DNA from: Nemertoderma westbladi
Taxonomy: Eukaryota; Animalia; Xenacoelomorpha
Length of the DNA stretch: 52,406 bases
Assembly (NCBI GenBank): GCA_032718475.1
Contig: JAUCBJ010007054.1
Span: 1-52,406, forward strand
Reading direction: 5' to 3'
How positions within the stretch are numbered: position 1 is the stretch's first letter; every line of letters starts with the position of its first letter. Shown in pieces: positions 48,401 through 52,406 of the stretch. Below the pieces are notes generated by a model. That model saw nothing but the letters and a program-made list of their open reading frames with translations. It searched no databases and was not told the origin of the DNA. The translations under genes were made by a program, and so were the position numbers.

Positions 48401-51400
48401 GGGTAAGTACCAGGGTGAGGACAGCAAACCAACGTGTTATACGAGCTCATTTAAGGGTAAGTACCACAGTGAGCAAGCAAGTAGATGAGTTATAGAGCTC
48501 ATTTAAGGGTAAGTACCAAAGTGATCAAGCGAGTAGATGAGTTATAGAGCTCATTTAATGGTAAGTACCACAGTGAGCAAGCGAGTAGATGAGTTATAGA
48601 GCTCATTTAATGGTAAGTACCACAGTGACCAAGCGAGTAGATGAGTTATAGAGCTCATTTAAGGGTAAGTACCGGGGTGAGCACAGCAAACCAACGTGTT
48701 ATACGAGCTCATTTAAGGGTAAGTACCACAGTGAGCAAGCAAGTAGATGAGTTATAGAGCTCATTTAAGGGTAAGTACCAAAGTGATCAAGCGAGTAGAT
48801 GAGTTATAGAGCTCATTTAATGGTAAGTACCACAGTGACCAAGCGAGTAGATGAGTTATAGAGCTCATTTAAGGGTAAGTACCAAAGTGATCAAGCGAGT
48901 AGATGAGTTATAGAGCTCATTTAATGGTAAGTACCACAGTGACCAAGCGAGTAGATGAGTTATAGAGCTCATTTAAGGGTAAGTACCGGGGTGAGCACAG
49001 CAAACCAACGTGTTATACGAGCTCATTTAAGGGTAAGTACCACAGTGAGCAAGCGAGTAGATGAGTTATAGAGCTCATTTAAGGGTAAGTACCATAGTGA
49101 GCAAGCGAGTAGATGAGTTATAGAGCTCATTTAAGGGTAAGTACCACAGTGAGCAAGCGAGTCGATGAGTTATAGAGCTCATTTAAGGGTAAGTACCGGG
49201 GTGAGCACAGCAAACCAACGTGTTATACGAGCTCATTTAAGGGTAAGTACCACAGTGAGCAAGCAAGTAGATGAGTTAAAGAGCTCATTTAAGGGTAAGT
49301 ACCATAATGACCAGGCGAGTAGATGAGTTTATAGAGCTCATTTAATGGTAAGTACCAAAGTGATCAAGCGAAGAGATGAGTTATAGAGCTCATTTAAGGG
49401 TAAGTACCAAAGTGATCAAGCGAGTAGATGAGTTATAGAGCTCATTTAAGGGTAAGTACCGGGGTGAGCACAGCAAACCAACGTGTTATACGAGCTCATT
49501 TAAGGGTAAGTACCACAGTGAGCAAGCAAGTAGATGAGTTATAGAGCTCATTTAAGGGTAAGTACAAAAGCGAGCAAGTGAGTAGATGAGTTATAGAGCT
49601 CATTTAAGGGTAAGTACCACAGTGAGCAAGCAAGTAGATGAGTTGAGTTAAAGAGCTCATTTAAGGGTAAGTACCACAGTGAGCAAGCAAGTAGATGAGT
49701 TAAAGAGCTCATTTAAGGGTAAGTACAAAAGCGAGCAAGCGAGTAGATGAGTTATAGAGCTCATTTAAGGGTAAGTACCAGGGTGAGGACAGCAAACCAA
49801 CGTGTTATACGAGCTCATTTAAGGGTAAGTACCACAGTGAGCAAGCAAGTAGATGAGTTAAAGAGCTCATTTAAGGGTAAGTACAAAAGCGAGCAAGCGA
49901 GTAGATGAGTTATAGAGCTCATTTAAGGGTAAGTACCAGGGTGAGGACAGCAAACCAACGTGTTATACGAGCTCATTTAAGGGTAAGTACCACAGTGAGC
50001 AAGCAAGTAGATGAGTTAAAGAGCTCATTTAAGGGTAAGTACAAAAGCGAGCAAGCGAGTAGATGAGTTATAGAGCTCATTTAAGGGTAAGTACCAGGGT
50101 GAGGACAGCAAACCAACGTGTTATACGAGCTCATTTAAGGGTAAGTACCACAGTGAGCAAGCGAGTAGATGAGTTATAGAGCTCATTTAAGGGTAAGTAC
50201 CACAGTGAGCAAGCAAGTAGATGAGTTAAAGAGCTAATTTAAGGGTAAGTACCACAGTGAGCAAGCGAGTAGATGAGTTATATAGCTCAATTAAGGGTAA
50301 GTGCCAGGGTGACCACAGCAAACCAACGTGTTTTACGAGCTTATTTAAGGGTAAGTACCACAGTGAGCAAGCGAGTAGATGAGTTATATAGCTCATTAAG
50401 GGTAAGTACCACAGTGAGCAAGCGAGTATATGAGTTATAGAGCTCACTTAAGGGTAAGTACCATAGTGAGCAAGCAAGTAGATGAGTTATAGAGCTCATT
50501 TAAGGGTAAGTACCAGGGTGAGCACAGCAATCCAACGTGTTATACGAGCTTATTTAAGGGTAAGTACTACAGTGACCAAGCGAGAAGATGAGTTAAAGAG
50601 CTCATTTAAGGGTAAGTACCATAGTGAGCAAGCGAGTAGATGAGTTATAGAGCTCATTTAAGGGTAAGAACCAGGGTGAGCACAGCAAACCAACGTGTTA
50701 TACGAGTTTATTTAAGGGTAAGTACTACAGTGACCAAGCGAGTAGATGAGTTAAAGAGCTCATTTAAGGGTAAGTACCATAATGACCAGGCGAGTAGATG
50801 AGTTATAGAGCTCATTTAATGGTAAGTACCAGGGTGAGCACAGCAAACCAACGTGTTATACGAGCTCATTTAAGGGTAAGTACCACAGTGAGCAAGCGAG
50901 TAGATGAGTTATAGAGCTCATTTAAGGGTAAGTACCACAGTGAGCAAGCGAGTAGATGAGTTATATAGCTCATTAAGGGTAAGTACCACAGTGAACAAGC
51001 GAGTAGATGAGTTATATAGCTCATTAAGGGTAAGTACCACAGTGACCAACCGAGTAGATGAGTTATAGAGCTCATTTAAGGGTAAGTACCACAGTGAGCA
51101 AGCGAATAGATGAGTTATAGAGCTCATTTAAGGGTAAGTACCACAGTGGGCAAGCGAGTAGATGAGTTATATAGCTCATTAAGGGTAAGTACCACAGTGA
51201 GCAAGCGAGTAGATGAGTTATATAGCTCATTAAGGGTAAGTACCACAGTGAGCAAGCGAGTAGATGAGTTAAAGAGCTCATTTAAGGGTAAGTACCACAG
51301 TTAGCAAGCGAATAGATGAGTTATAGAGCTTATTTAAGGGTAAGTACCACAGTGAGCAAGCGAGTAGATGAGTTGTATAGCTCATTAAGGGTAAGTACCA

Positions 51401-52406
51401 CAGTGACCAAGCGAGTAGATGAGTTATATATCTCAAATAAGGGTAGGTTCCAGGGTGAGCACAGCAAACCAACGTGTTATACGAGCTTATTTAAGGGTAA
51501 GTACTACAGTGACCAAGCGAGTAGATGAGTTAAAGAGCTCATTTAAGGGTAAGTACCACAATGATCAAGGAAGTAGATGAGTTATAGAGCTCATTTAAGG
51601 GTAAGTACCAGGGTGAGCACAGCAAACCAACGTGTTATACGAGCTCATTTAAGGGTAAGTACCAGAGTGAGCAAGCGAGTAGATGAGTTATAGAGCTCAT
51701 TTAAGGGTAAGTACCACAGTGAGCAATCGAGTAGATGAGTTATATAGCTCATTAAGGGTAAGTACCACAGTGAGCAAGCGAGTAGATGAGTTATATAGCT
51801 CATTAAGGGTAAGAACCACAGTGAGCAAGCGAGTAGATGAGTTAAAGAGCTCATTTAAGGGTAAGTACCACAGTGACCAAGCGAGTAGATGAGTTATAGA
51901 GCTCATTTAAGGGTAAGTACCACAGTGAGCAAGCGAATAGATGAGTTATAGAGCTCATTTAAGGGTAAGTACCACAGTGAGCAAGCAAGTAGATGAGTTA
52001 AAGAGCTCATTTAAGGGTAAGTACCACAGTGAGCAAGCAAGTAGATGAGTTAAAGAGCTCATTTAAGGGTAAGTACCACAGTGAGCAAGCAAGTAGATGA
52101 GTTAAAGAGCTCATTTAAGGGAGGGTAAGTACCACAGTGAGCAAGCGAGTAGATGAGTTATAGAGCTCATTTAAGGGTAAGTACCAGGGCGAGGACAGCA
52201 AACCAACGTGTTATACGAGCTCATTTAAGGGTAAGTACCACAGTGAGTATGCGAGTAGATGAGTTATAGAGCTCATTTAAGGGTAAGTACCACAGTGAGC
52301 AAGCGAGTAGATGAGTTTATAGAGCTCATTTAAGGGTAAGTACCACAGTGAGCACAGCATATCAACGTGTTATACGAGCTCATTTAAGGGTTAGTGCCAG
52401 AGTGAG
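45429..52406. repeat. Minisatellite C, 52-bp unit GAGCTCATTTAAGGGTAAGTACCACAGTGAGCAAGCGAGTAGATGAGTTATA alternating with a 54-bp variant; runs off the window end
   Basis: Direct tandem repetition, roughly 130 units. The 54-bp variant carries CAGGGTGAGCACAGCAAACCAACGTGTTATAC. Confidence 0.98.

Noticed and set aside
1934-52406. CRISPR-like appearance of the 36-bp and 52-bp arrays
   Set aside because: Units are contiguous with no unique spacers, there are no cas genes, and the context is eukaryotic.
45429-52406. Telomere-like TTTAAGGG and recursive-splicing AG|GT sites in satellite C
   Set aside because: The motif occurs once per unit and is not tandem. AG and GT are offset by one base or overlap, so they are not ratchet points.

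Overview
Repeat-rich eukaryotic (probably invertebrate animal) genomic DNA, not prokaryotic. From left to right it contains: (1) the 3' part of a BEL/Pao-family LTR inserted into the integrase of a Gypsy (Mag-like) element, whose 214-bp 3' LTR has unusual TA...TA ends; (2) a 6-kb 36-bp minisatellite (A); (3) an apparently intact APE-RT LINE whose very large ORF1 combines a SAP motif, 10-aa repeats, an Ulp1/SENP-like cysteine protease, a coiled coil and an RRM-like end; (4) a second 36-bp minisatellite (B) whose unit reads as branch point + polypyrimidine tract + CAG, interrupted by a young 12.6-kb non-autonomous BEL/Pao element (gag-protease kept, RT and integrase deleted in frame, no tRNA PBS but a 12-nt perfect complement to its own LTR); (5) a probable decayed terminal exon; (6) a two-exon gene for a secreted His/Val/Gly-rich structural protein; (7) a triplicated twin-hairpin motif and MITE-like pieces; (8) a small exon followed directly by a 52/54-bp minisatellite (C) carrying consensus splice donors. 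All domain calls come from motifs read by eye; no searches were run.
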